From an uncultured Nitrososphaerota archaeon (GTDB lineage Archaea > Thermoproteota > EX4484-205 > JAAOZP01), in contig CAYQCW010000001.1 of the NCBI GenBank assembly GCA_964416155.1, positions 192,001-256,000 on the forward strand: 64,000 nucleotides of DNA, in the 5' to 3' direction. How positions within the stretch are numbered: position 1 is the stretch's first letter; each line of letters opens with the position of its first letter. The position numbers were made by a program, and so were the translations under genes. Below, piece by piece: positions 19,708 to 28,261 of this stretch. The notes beneath the pieces are model-generated. The model saw only the letters and a program-made list of their open reading frames with translations, made no database searches and had not been told where the DNA came from.

Positions 19708-21486
19708 CTACTGTGCTTCCTTAGGCTCCTCCTCAATCTTCTTCAACTGACTTCTATACATTTCCAGGATCTCTTTAACGGTTGTAGCTTGCTCCGGAGA
19801 CTTATCGTCCCTAAGCTTCCCCGTATACTTCGGGAAGCGGCCGGCGAAGCCTGACCCTTCTCTAACCAAGCCTAGGCCGCACGTGTGAACTGGGCTCAGG
19901 GTTATTTCGGAGACTATTATCTCAATGACGATCCTGGGCTCAACCCAAACGTCAGCCTCAATCTTAGAATCCACCCTGGGATGCCTATGCTCAATCCTGT
20001 ATTTGCCGACAAGCTCGGCGAACTTCTCAAGATCCTCGTCTGTAAAACCGGTTCCGCATTTAGCAAACGTTCTAAACATGTCCTCCTCAGGGTCATAGGC
20101 GGCTAGAAGATACGCGCCGTACCTGCCTGCTCTCTTCCCCCTACCGTGGAAAGCCCCGACCATAACCAGGTCTATGGTGTCAGCGACCTCGACCTTATAC
20201 TCCCTCTTCAGCTTTATCCAGCTCCACTCCCTGGCACCAGCCCTATAAGGTGCTTTCAAATCTTTAACAACAAGCCCCTCGCAGCCCTCTGAAATAGCCT
20301 CCTCCATGAAGCTCTCTATCTCCCTAGGATCTTTTGAAACGATTTGTCTAACCAGCTTAACCCTCTCGTCTTCAACAATAATCCTGCTTAACGCAGACCT
20401 CCGTTCAACGTATGTTTTCTGAGTATAATCCATCTCATCAGCATACAGTAGGTCGAAGAAGAACATGGCAACAGGATATTCTTTCATCGCCTCCTCCACG
20501 CCATACTTCCTCCTCCTGTGCATAAGCTCTTGAAACGGCAGCAGCTCTCCAGTATTCGGGTTTATCGCCACGCATTCAGCTTCAAGAATAGCCTCCCGGG
20601 CCTTCACATTCCTCCTAGCTAGCTCTATAGCGTCAGGATAGTGGCTAGTAATGTTTTCCAGCCGTCGTGAGAAAAGCATAATGCCACCACCATTCTTATG
20701 AATCTGGACGCGCTCTCCGTCGAGCTTATACTCTGCAGCGGCCTCGCCGCCAAGCTTTTCAAGAACCTCTTGAACGGTTGTCAAGCGTTCCGCAAGCATC
20801 GGCCTAACAGGTTTGCCGACCGTAATCTTAAACTCTGAAACACCGCTGAGCCCCTTCTCAGCAACAGCTCTCGCAACAGCCCCCAGGTCGCTGGAAATGT
20901 TGTATGCACGCTCTATAACCGGCCTGTTAGACTTGTCGCCGGTGAACGCTTGAGCGAGAGCATCCAGAATCGTGTAGTCAGCTATGCCGAGCCTAAGCCT
21001 CCCGGTGATTGTTCTAACAGCATACTTAGCCTCCTTCGGAGACATGTCTATCAGCAGGGAGACGAGCAGGCTCGTCTTCAGAGTCACAGAGCCTTTCCCA
21101 CCCAGCTTGGCAAGCCTGTAGAGCTTCTCGTATACTTCCAGTAGGGTTGGGTTCCTGCTTACAAGCTTCCTCTGAACCTTTCTTCCTGCAAGGGTTTCCG
21201 CCGTGCTTCCAAGGTCTCCGGTATCCTTGTAGATTTTCTCAACAGTCTTCTGGTCAAAACCTGAGAAATCCGCTAAAGCCCTTAAGACGAGTTTGTCAGC
21301 CATCCCGAATTCTAGGCCCTCGTAGTCAGGCCTAACCTTTCCCTGAAGCAGGTAGACAAGCTTCTCAAGCTCAGCAGGGCCAGCCTTCTTAAACAGGTCT
21401 ACGAGGAAGCTCGTCATCTCAATCCTTTTCGACGTCAACTCAACTTGCTCCATCGCGTCCGCGACTTCTCCGAAAAGCATAACCAT
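19708..21486 (-). CDS. lig: ATP-dependent DNA ligase
   Basis: PMLAERL, EYKLDGERVQIH, EGLVVK, WIKLKREY, RFP. Confidence 0.97.
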   Translation of the reverse strand: MVMLFGEVADAMEQVELTSKRIEMTSFLVDLFKKAGPAELEKLVYLLQGKVRPDYEGLEFGMADKLVLRALADFSGFDQKTVEKIYKDTGDLGSTAETLAGRKVQRKLVSRNPTLLEVYEKLYRLAKLGGKGSVTLKTSLLVSLLIDMSPKEAKYAVRTITGRLRLGIADYTILDALAQAFTGDKSNRPVIERAYNISSDLGAVARAVAEKGLSGVSEFKITVGKPVRPMLAERLTTVQEVLEKLGGEAAAEYKLDGERVQIHKNGGGIMLFSRRLENITSHYPDAIELARRNVKAREAILEAECVAINPNTGELLPFQELMHRRRKYGVEEAMKEYPVAMFFFDLLYADEMDYTQKTYVERRSALSRIIVEDERVKLVRQIVSKDPREIESFMEEAISEGCEGLVVKDLKAPYRAGAREWSWIKLKREYKVEVADTIDLVMVGAFHGRGKRAGRYGAYLLAAYDPEEDMFRTFAKCGTGFTDEDLEKFAELVGKYRIEHRHPRVDSKIEADVWVEPRIVIEIIVSEITLSPVHTCGLGLVREGSGFAGRFPKYTGKLRDDKSPEQATTVKEILEMYRSQLKKIEEEPKEAQ

Positions 21487-21528
21487 GGTATTAAGCGCAT
21501 TTGGAGTGGTAAAAATGTTTCTGTCTCT

Positions 21529-21996
21529 TCAGAAAGAATAGGGCTGGGATTCCGAGGCGAGGAAGGCTTCTAAGAGCTTCTTGAAATCAACCGGGTCTCC
21601 TTCCCCAACTCCGGGACATTGCTCGTCGAAGATGAAAACGTACTCCTCGTAGCCGTGTTTGACCACCTCCACGTCTTCAGGGAGGCTTAGAAGACGCTCC
21701 AACACCTTTTTCTCAACTGGGTAGAAAGGGTAAAGCCTGCATAAAAGAGGCTTATGATCGTGGATCGTGCAAAGCCCGTTTCCGAGGAATTGGCAGAAAC
21801 CTTTTTCACCAACCAGGATCATCCTACCCTCAGGGGTACGGTGTGGATTGAAGGAAGGTCGGACTCTTCTAATCTTCCCCACATCTTCTTCAGAAACCTC
21901 TGGAGTAAGACCGCAGCATTTCTCCCCGCAAAGTTTGCATTTGAAAAGCATGTTCCTCCAAGCTATCGGAAGCCTAGGGGGAATAGTTTCAACCAT
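21529..21996 (-). CDS. YkgJ family cysteine-cluster (Zn/Fe-S) protein
   Basis: FKC..CG..CC, C.FL..GLCTIH..KP..CRLYPF, CPGVG.G. Confidence 0.85.
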   Translation of the reverse strand: MVETIPPRLPIAWRNMLFKCKLCGEKCCGLTPEVSEEDVGKIRRVRPSFNPHRTPEGRMILVGEKGFCQFLGNGLCTIHDHKPLLCRLYPFYPVEKKVLERLLSLPEDVEVVKHGYEEYVFIFDEQCPGVGEGDPVDFKKLLEAFLASESQPYSF

Positions 21997-22051
21997 TTCA
22001 ACAGAAACTTACAGGAACCTTTTTAAAACCTTATTCTTCAATTGAGGAGGC

Positions 22052-22633
22052 TTGACGCGTAAAACTGCTGAAGCCTTCTCCTACCTGTTATCTAACCCTG
22101 TGGTAGGTGGCCTCGGAGGACTCGTAGTAATGCTTAGGGAGGAGGCTTTCCCAGACAGCCCTGTGCTGAACATTTTAACGGTGTTGCTCTTCTACAGCAT
22201 ACTTCCCTTTGTAAGCGTCTACTATCTCAGGCTGCGCGGCAAATCAGACGTGTTTATGAGTGAAAGAAGCAGGAGGCCGAAACACTTTATTCCTGGGTTA
22301 GTAGGCTACGCGGTTTCAGCAATCGTCTTCCAAGCCTTAGGAATGAGGCTGATGAAAACCGTTTCATCCTCATTCCTTTTAACATCGCTGATCCTTCTGC
22401 TCCTAACATTCGCGACAAAGGTGAGCATTCACGTCGCAGGCTTGACTGCAACAGTAATCCTAGTGCTTTACTCCTACTGGCCCACCGGATTAATACTCTT
22501 ACCTCTGATACCTGTTTTAATGTGGGCACGCGTAAACACGGGTGAGCATACCTGCTGGCAGACGGTGTTTGGCGTCTTTACAGGCACCGTGGGCAGCCTA
22601 CTCGGAATAGCGTTTTTTCCATCATGGTCTTAA
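22052..22633 (+). CDS. PAP2-like membrane protein
   Basis: TM helices, KVSIH and WARV..GEHT..Q...G motifs. Confidence 0.65.
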   Translation: MTRKTAEAFSYLLSNPVVGGLGGLVVMLREEAFPDSPVLNILTVLLFYSILPFVSVYYLRLRGKSDVFMSERSRRPKHFIPGLVGYAVSAIVFQALGMRLMKTVSSSFLLTSLILLLLTFATKVSIHVAGLTATVILVLYSYWPTGLILLPLIPVLMWARVNTGEHTCWQTVFGVFTGTVGSLLGIAFFPSWS

Positions 22634-22636
22634 CGC

Positions 22637-23380
22637 TTACCAGTGCACGGTCAAGCTACCGAGCCTAGGGAAGGCTTTCAACCCTTCTCCCTGAGCGAGA
22701 AGTACCGGTGTAAAAGACATCAAGTCGACTTTCCTAAGGATGGGGGAAAGAAGACTGTTCACATCAACCTCGTTAACCGCCATCCCCATTGTCAATGGGT
22801 TCATCGAGGGGAGTACTATTATCTTCACCCCCCTGTGCTCACCGTGGAGGAAGCTTTTAAACCGGTGTTTAACCCCTATGGAGTCCCTTATTGAGACAAC
22901 AGGGTGTTCGTGACCCATCAGAACGATGCTCCCGTCTCCTGGCAGCTCGTGTTCCTTGTCTCCGTGTATTAGAAAGTATTTCCCAAGCCTCAGAGGCGGG
23001 TCCTGAAACTCCACGTTAAGCCTTCTTAGAACAAGCCTCACAAAATTGTCATGGTTCCCCCTAACCAGCAGTGGCTCAGCGCCCAAGCTGCGAACATCGT
23101 TAACAAAATCCTGAACCTGCGTCCATTCCTCAGGATTTAAGTCTCCAAACTCGTTCTTAACATCCCCGAGGATTATAAGTCTCTTAGCAGACCTGTGGTC
23201 GAAAATGTTTCTCAAAGACTTGACCACCGGGGCGTATGTTGGGAAGGGGATGTGTACTCCTTTCTCCTCGAGCTCCCATTCTAGGCCGAGGTGAATATCG
23301 GCTACAACCATGGCGTCCAGTGATTTCACGTACAGTGCTGGTTCGAACTCAACTATTTCAACATCGTCAGTTAGCAGCAT
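22637..23380 (-). CDS. Lhr-associated metallophosphoesterase (MPE)
   Basis: ADIHLG, LGDVK, RGNHD, IHGD, GHEHP; overlaps the Lhr stop. Confidence 0.9.
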   Translation of the reverse strand: MLLTDDVEIVEFEPALYVKSLDAMVVADIHLGLEWELEEKGVHIPFPTYAPVVKSLRNIFDHRSAKRLIILGDVKNEFGDLNPEEWTQVQDFVNDVRSLGAEPLLVRGNHDNFVRLVLRRLNVEFQDPPLRLGKYFLIHGDKEHELPGDGSIVLMGHEHPVVSIRDSIGVKHRFKSFLHGEHRGVKIIVLPSMNPLTMGMAVNEVDVNSLLSPILRKVDLMSFTPVLLAQGEGLKAFPRLGSLTVHW

Positions 23381-26015
23381 GTATTGCCGCCAGAACCTCC
23401 CTGTGAAGCCTCTCTAGAAGAGTCCTCTTATCCTCCATGAGCACAACGTCGGAGAAGCTTGAAACAAGCAGAGAGTGGGAGAGAGGGGAAGCAACCCTGT
23501 TAGGCTTGCAGACCACTAGGCTCCTCACACCCTCTTCGAACTCGGATACAAATCTCGTCGCGTTCTTAATATCCATAACATCCTCAAGGATCTCCCTGTA
23601 TGTTTCCCTCATAACTGGGAAATCCTTCAAATCCTTCACAGCTTTAAGAACGTGTTCAGAGTTCAACTGCAGTTTAGAAACTATTACCTCATGACCCTTA
23701 TAGTTCCTAAGTATCATGAAGCTCCTGACAGCAACATGCCTAAACCTGTGTTTCAACATGTCTGTCTTTTCAATCGACGAGACGACGAGTTCCTGAAGGT
23801 TTGAAGAGTTCACCGATCTAACAACCTTCTCTGGATCAACCCTGTATTTTGGCGGGAGCATCAGCAGGAAACCATTATCGCTCACCGCGATCTGTATTGA
23901 AACGGATCCGAGCAGGTTTGACGCCGCCACTGCGAACGCTCTTGAAAGGACATCATTAACCCTTCTTCCCACTAGGCTGTGGAAAACAAGAATCTGCCTA
24001 TCCGACTCATCAACATAGTTCTCCACTATTAACGAGCCCTTCCTGATGTACGGGAGTATACCTATGTTGTTGAAGTATTCCGCGGTTATCCTGAGATAAT
24101 CGTAGAGGGCGACAGCAGTCTTCCCGTCTACCTTGAAATACTCCATGTACTGCTTAACCCTGTCCTTCTTCCTGTCGAACAGGATTGTCTGGAGCTCTCT
24201 TACCCTGAACTCGTCAATCATGTTGGCCAAGTCGTAGGAGAGGGGGAGCATCTCGGAGAACCATTGGGGCACAGTCGGCTTCTCACCCTCAGCGGGTTCG
24301 ACTATAAGCTTCATCAAACGGCTTTTCAAACACCTGTATGGCCTGCCTCCGAGCAGGAAGATGTCTCCGGGGGAAAGCCTTTCGAAAAACTCCTCCTCAA
24401 TGTTTCCAACAGGCCTGTTGTCCCTTGTGAAGACCTTGACCATCGCCATGTCGGGTATCGTACCGGTGTTAGTCATGTAGATCACCCTAGCGAGATTACC
24501 CCTTCTTCCGAAAACCCCGTCAGCCTCGTCAAGCCAAATCTTCCCGTAAACCTTGTATCCCTCAAGCTGCCTGTAGTACCCGCTTAAATACCTCAGGACG
24601 CTTACGAAATCCTCTCTTGTCAGGTTTCTGAAGTTGTATGATCTCCTAACGAGACCATATGCTTCGTCAACCCTCCATTTTCTCTCAACAGCCATGCCTA
24701 CGATGTGCTGAGCCAAAACGTCAAGAGGATTCTCCGGAATATAGGCTTCGTCAAGCTTTCCTGCTTCAGCAGCCTTAGACATTACGAGTACCTCGAGAAG
24801 ATCATCCCTCTCCATGGGTATGAAGATGCCTTTTGAAACAGCCTCGAGAGAATGGCCCGAACGCCCTACTCTTTGAATCGCCCGGGTCACGGACTTGGGT
24901 GAGCCTATTTGAACCACGCAGTCTATGAAGCCGATGTCTATGCCTAGTTCAAGCGAGGTACTGGTGACAACAGCCTTAAGCCTTCCCTTCTTCAACTTGT
25001 CTTCAACGTCCAGCCTAACCTCGCGCGATAGAGAAGAATGGTGAGCAGCATACTCGTCCTCGCTTAAAACGGTTTTAGGCCTGAGCTTCTTAAGATGGTA
25101 TACTACTCTCTCGGTGCTGCTCCGCGTGTTGGTGAAGATGAGAGTAGTCCTGTTACGCCTTATGATTTCGTTTATCAACCTGTACATCCTCCTGCCGAGC
25201 TCTTCAGCAGGCGTGTGGACGAGGTGATGGTGCGGCGATACGACTTTAAGCTCGAACCTCTTTGAAGCATGAACATCCACTACGGTGCAAGGCCTCGGCG
25301 AGGAATCCTCGTAACCAGCCAGGTAGGCAGCAATCTTCTCCAAAGGGTGGATGGTTGCGGATAAGCCTATCCTCTGGAAATCTTGGCCGGAGAAGCTTCT
25401 CAGCCTTTCAAGGCTTAGCGAGAGGTGGGCACCCCTCTTAGAGCTGCAGAGCTCGTGTATCTCATCCACCACAACCCATCTGACACCCTTTAGAAAAGAT
25501 CTGAATTTCGGCGCTACGAGAATTATGGAGAGGCTTTCAGGAGTGGTTATGAGTATGTGAGGAGGCTTCTTAAGCATCCTTCCCCTTTCAGAGGTTTTAG
25601 TATCACCCGTCCTAACGTGTATCCTTATCTCTGGAAGAGAGACCCCTTTCTCCTCGGCAAGCCTCCTCAGCTCTTCCAACGGTTGTGAAAGGTTCTTCCT
25701 CACGTCATTGTTTAAAGACCGGAGGGGAGAAACATAAAGACAATAAACCCTGTCTTCAAGCCTGCCTTCGAAACCCATTTTAATCAGATCATCCAGAATT
25801 GTTAAGAAGCATGCGAGCGTCTTACCGCTTCCGGTTGGCGCAGAGATTAAAGTGTTCTCACCCCTCCTAATAGGGATTATCCCATAGGACTGCGGCGGGG
25901 TTAACCCTTTGAACCTGCTTCTAAACCATTCGCCAACAATAGGGTGGAGTACCCTAACAACATCCTCGAGCGAACTCTTAACAGTGTAGAACCTGAAGGG
26001 CTCCCCTGACATCAC
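23367..26015 (-). CDS. lhr: Lhr family SF2 helicase (archaeal)
   Basis: PTGSGKT, TTPESL, DEIH, LSAT, TSLELGID, QRVGRSGH, GTIPD, P.WFSE. Confidence 0.95.
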   Translation of the reverse strand: MMSGEPFRFYTVKSSLEDVVRVLHPIVGEWFRSRFKGLTPPQSYGIIPIRRGENTLISAPTGSGKTLACFLTILDDLIKMGFEGRLEDRVYCLYVSPLRSLNNDVRKNLSQPLEELRRLAEEKGVSLPEIRIHVRTGDTKTSERGRMLKKPPHILITTPESLSIILVAPKFRSFLKGVRWVVVDEIHELCSSKRGAHLSLSLERLRSFSGQDFQRIGLSATIHPLEKIAAYLAGYEDSSPRPCTVVDVHASKRFELKVVSPHHHLVHTPAEELGRRMYRLINEIIRRNRTTLIFTNTRSSTERVVYHLKKLRPKTVLSEDEYAAHHSSLSREVRLDVEDKLKKGRLKAVVTSTSLELGIDIGFIDCVVQIGSPKSVTRAIQRVGRSGHSLEAVSKGIFIPMERDDLLEVLVMSKAAEAGKLDEAYIPENPLDVLAQHIVGMAVERKWRVDEAYGLVRRSYNFRNLTREDFVSVLRYLSGYYRQLEGYKVYGKIWLDEADGVFGRRGNLARVIYMTNTGTIPDMAMVKVFTRDNRPVGNIEEEFFERLSPGDIFLLGGRPYRCLKSRLMKLIVEPAEGEKPTVPQWFSEMLPLSYDLANMIDEFRVRELQTILFDRKKDRVKQYMEYFKVDGKTAVALYDYLRITAEYFNNIGILPYIRKGSLIVENYVDESDRQILVFHSLVGRRVNDVLSRAFAVAASNLLGSVSIQIAVSDNGFLLMLPPKYRVDPEKVVRSVNSSNLQELVVSSIEKTDMLKHRFRHVAVRSFMILRNYKGHEVIVSKLQLNSEHVLKAVKDLKDFPVMRETYREILEDVMDIKNATRFVSEFEEGVRSLVVCKPNRVASPLSHSLLVSSFSDVVLMEDKRTLLERLHREVLAAIHAAN

Positions 26016-26062
26016 TCGGCTCCTTCAAAGCTATGCTCAAGATAGTGTTGATAAACCTTCCC

Positions 26063-26662
26063 CTAACTCCCGCTTTTCCACCGGGGCATCACTATAAGGC
26101 CTTCATCAGGATCCCCGTAGGCCTCGTAATCACCATCGTAAAACATTTTCGCCACGAGGGCAGCAGTAACAGCGTCAAGCTCATGATGGGTCTCCGCCTT
26201 CCCCAGCCCCCTTATTTTAAGACGCGCTAATCCTTTCCGAAGACTCTTGACGCCGCGAGATTTACGCGGTATCCTGAGAATATCCTGAGCTCCTCCGGGA
26301 TAAACCTCTATAACCCTGAAACCAGAAGAATCAAGCATCTTTTTAAGCCGGATGCCTCTTTCCGTCAGGGAGCGCATAGGCCCCAGTGTGACGGGGAAAA
26401 ACCTTATGCCTCTTCTCAAAAGCTCCCTGTCGCAAACCCTAAGGTGAATACTACTCCTGACCTGTAGGCTGACTCTCCCCCTTGGCAGGGAGAGCGGAGC
26501 ATCAACCGCGACCACCGCGGGATTGAAACGTGAAACCTTCCTCAGGATCTCCGCATCCGTATACAGCATCATTGTTTCAACGCTTAGGGACTCATCCAGG
26601 GCTGCGAAACCACTTGGCCTAGTCTCCACCCCGGCTAGATCTATGCCTATGAAAAACATCAT
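26063..26662 (-). CDS. DUF429 family predicted nuclease (RNase H-like fold)
   Basis: GIDLAG, VAVDAPL, R.CDREL, IEVYP, HELDA. Confidence 0.85.
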   Translation of the reverse strand: MMFFIGIDLAGVETRPSGFAALDESLSVETMMLYTDAEILRKVSRFNPAVVAVDAPLSLPRGRVSLQVRSSIHLRVCDRELLRRGIRFFPVTLGPMRSLTERGIRLKKMLDSSGFRVIEVYPGGAQDILRIPRKSRGVKSLRKGLARLKIRGLGKAETHHELDAVTAALVAKMFYDGDYEAYGDPDEGLIVMPRWKSGS

Positions 26663-27420
26663 ATTCTCAACCCAAACAGCCTGAGAGCGTTCCTAGTGGT
26701 TTCCTCAGCAACAGTATCCTGATCGACTTTTTTAATCCTAGCTATCTCCCTGAGGCTGAAAACAATGTTTGCAGGCTCATTCCTCTTAAACGGGTCAACC
26801 CCGAGAACCGGCGAGTCTGACTCCAGCAGAATGTTTTCCAACGGGAGCCTGGCTGCAAGCTTCTGCTTCTGCGGCGACCTCACTATTGAGGGTGGAATGC
26901 TGAAGAAGAAGCCTGCTTCAACACTCTTCATAGCGTACGAGGCCTTCCCGTCGAAAGCATGCATCAAAACCCTTTTAGCATTGTTTGCAACCAGTATGTC
27001 GATAGCCTCTCTACCGGCGCTTCTCGAGTGAACTATAATCGGCACATCAAGCTTTTTAGCAAGCCCTATGAAATTTTCGAAAACCCCGATAAGCCTAGCC
27101 CTGTCCTCGCGACTCCTAACCGTATAGTAGTCTAGGCCAACCTCGCCGACTCCGATTATCCGACTCTTGTTGTCAAGGATGAGTTGCGTAACTTCCTCAT
27201 GTCTGACGGAGAAGGGGGCTCCGTAGTCAATACCTATGGTCGAGTAAACATAGCCCTTGAATCTTTCCGAAATCCTCAGAGATCTTAAGCCACCATCCGG
27301 GCCCAGCCCACAGTCCACGATGGCTGCTAAACCGTTCTCCCTAGCTTTCAACACAACGGTATCCAGGTCGGTTTCGAAAGAACTATCGCTCAAATGCGCA
27401 TGCACATCTATGAGCCGCAA
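26659..27420 (-). CDS. tatD: TatD family nuclease
   Basis: IDVHAH, VGEVGLD, IVHSR, MHAF, LESDSP, NEP. Confidence 0.92.
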   Translation of the reverse strand: MRLIDVHAHLSDSSFETDLDTVVLKARENGLAAIVDCGLGPDGGLRSLRISERFKGYVYSTIGIDYGAPFSVRHEEVTQLILDNKSRIIGVGEVGLDYYTVRSREDRARLIGVFENFIGLAKKLDVPIIVHSRSAGREAIDILVANNAKRVLMHAFDGKASYAMKSVEAGFFFSIPPSIVRSPQKQKLAARLPLENILLESDSPVLGVDPFKRNEPANIVFSLREIARIKKVDQDTVAEETTRNALRLFGLRI

Positions 27421-27488
27421 GGAGACGAGTCAGCCTGTTCGAAGACAGAGATAAACCTTTAACTACCTTAAATCCTCATTAAGCCGGA

Positions 27489-27692
27489 ATGGTTAAGAAG
27501 GCGGGCACCAGGCTATACGTGCTTAACAAGAGGCTGGGTGGGAAAACATACTCTGCGACAATGCTGTATTTACCGAGTAAGATCGTTAACGATTCCGCGT
27601 TCCCCCTGAGAAAGAAGAGCAGGCTCGTCGTGAGAATAGTTGGCGACAAGATAGTTGTTGAGAGCGAGAAGACCGGTAGGAGGAAGCCTTAA
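27489..27692 (+). CDS. Small basic AbrB/SpoVT-like protein
   Basis: 67 aa; MLYLPSKIVNDSAFP...LVVRIVGDKIVVE pattern; TATA upstream. Confidence 0.6.
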   Translation: MVKKAGTRLYVLNKRLGGKTYSATMLYLPSKIVNDSAFPLRKKSRLVVRIVGDKIVVESEKTGRRKP

Positions 27693-28075
27693 CTAAGCCT
27701 ATGCTTGAAACCGGTGAAAGCCGTGTAAATTATTATGAATTGTTCAAGCTCCCTTAGGAAGCCTGTGCTTATATGCCATGAACCTTCTCTTTTCTCCACG
27801 ATCCCGGCCCCCACAACCCCCCTAATCATGTTGTAAAACTGGCCCACCGTGATCCTTCTTTTCCCCACCCAGCTTTTCCACTCGCTCACATTCATGCCTG
27901 AAGAGCCTCTGGAAACAAGCTCCTCGCAGAAAACCTTTGCCTCAGACGCTAAAAGGGGGCTTCTCCAGAAAACCCTGGAAAACATCTCTTCTACGGTAGC
28001 GGGAACCCTGCCCGCTTTAAAAAGTATCGTAGTCCCTTTATGCGTCTGCCTACCCCTCCGGCTCCTCCTAGGCAT
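27689..28075 (-). CDS. Hypothetical winged-helix-like protein
   Basis: Basic N-terminus; QFYNMIRG..GAGIVEK.EG.W wing-like motif. Confidence 0.6.
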   Translation of the reverse strand: MPRRSRRGRQTHKGTTILFKAGRVPATVEEMFSRVFWRSPLLASEAKVFCEELVSRGSSGMNVSEWKSWVGKRRITVGQFYNMIRGVVGAGIVEKREGSWHISTGFLRELEQFIIIYTAFTGFKHRLS

Positions 28076-28127
28076 ACTGTCTGCTTCTAAACGCTCAGAG
28101 AAAAGCCTTACTGACCTGCACCATTAA

Positions 28128-28258
28128 CATCGCTGTCAAAGTGGCGATGAAAAGCACTCTGGTGAAGCAGCCCATAGGCTGCATGCATAGCAGGATCCAC
28201 GTAGCCCTGAGCTTAACGGGATTGAGAGGCATAACTGAGGAACCCGTTGGTGAGTGCC
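28128..28258 (+). ncRNA. Candidate C/D-like or K-turn-containing small RNA
   Basis: GCGATGA (28144-50), GTGA, hairpin GCAGCC/GGCTGC, CTGA (28207-10), then hairpin AACGGG/CCCGTT enclosing TGAGA...CTGA; outer GCACTC/GAGTGC stem. Confidence 0.35.
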
Positions 28259-28261
28259 GCA

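Noticed and set aside
28215-28250. TPP riboswitch resemblance (CTGAG..ACCCGTTG)
   Set aside because: Lacks the ACCUGAU and GNAA/GCGNAGG elements.
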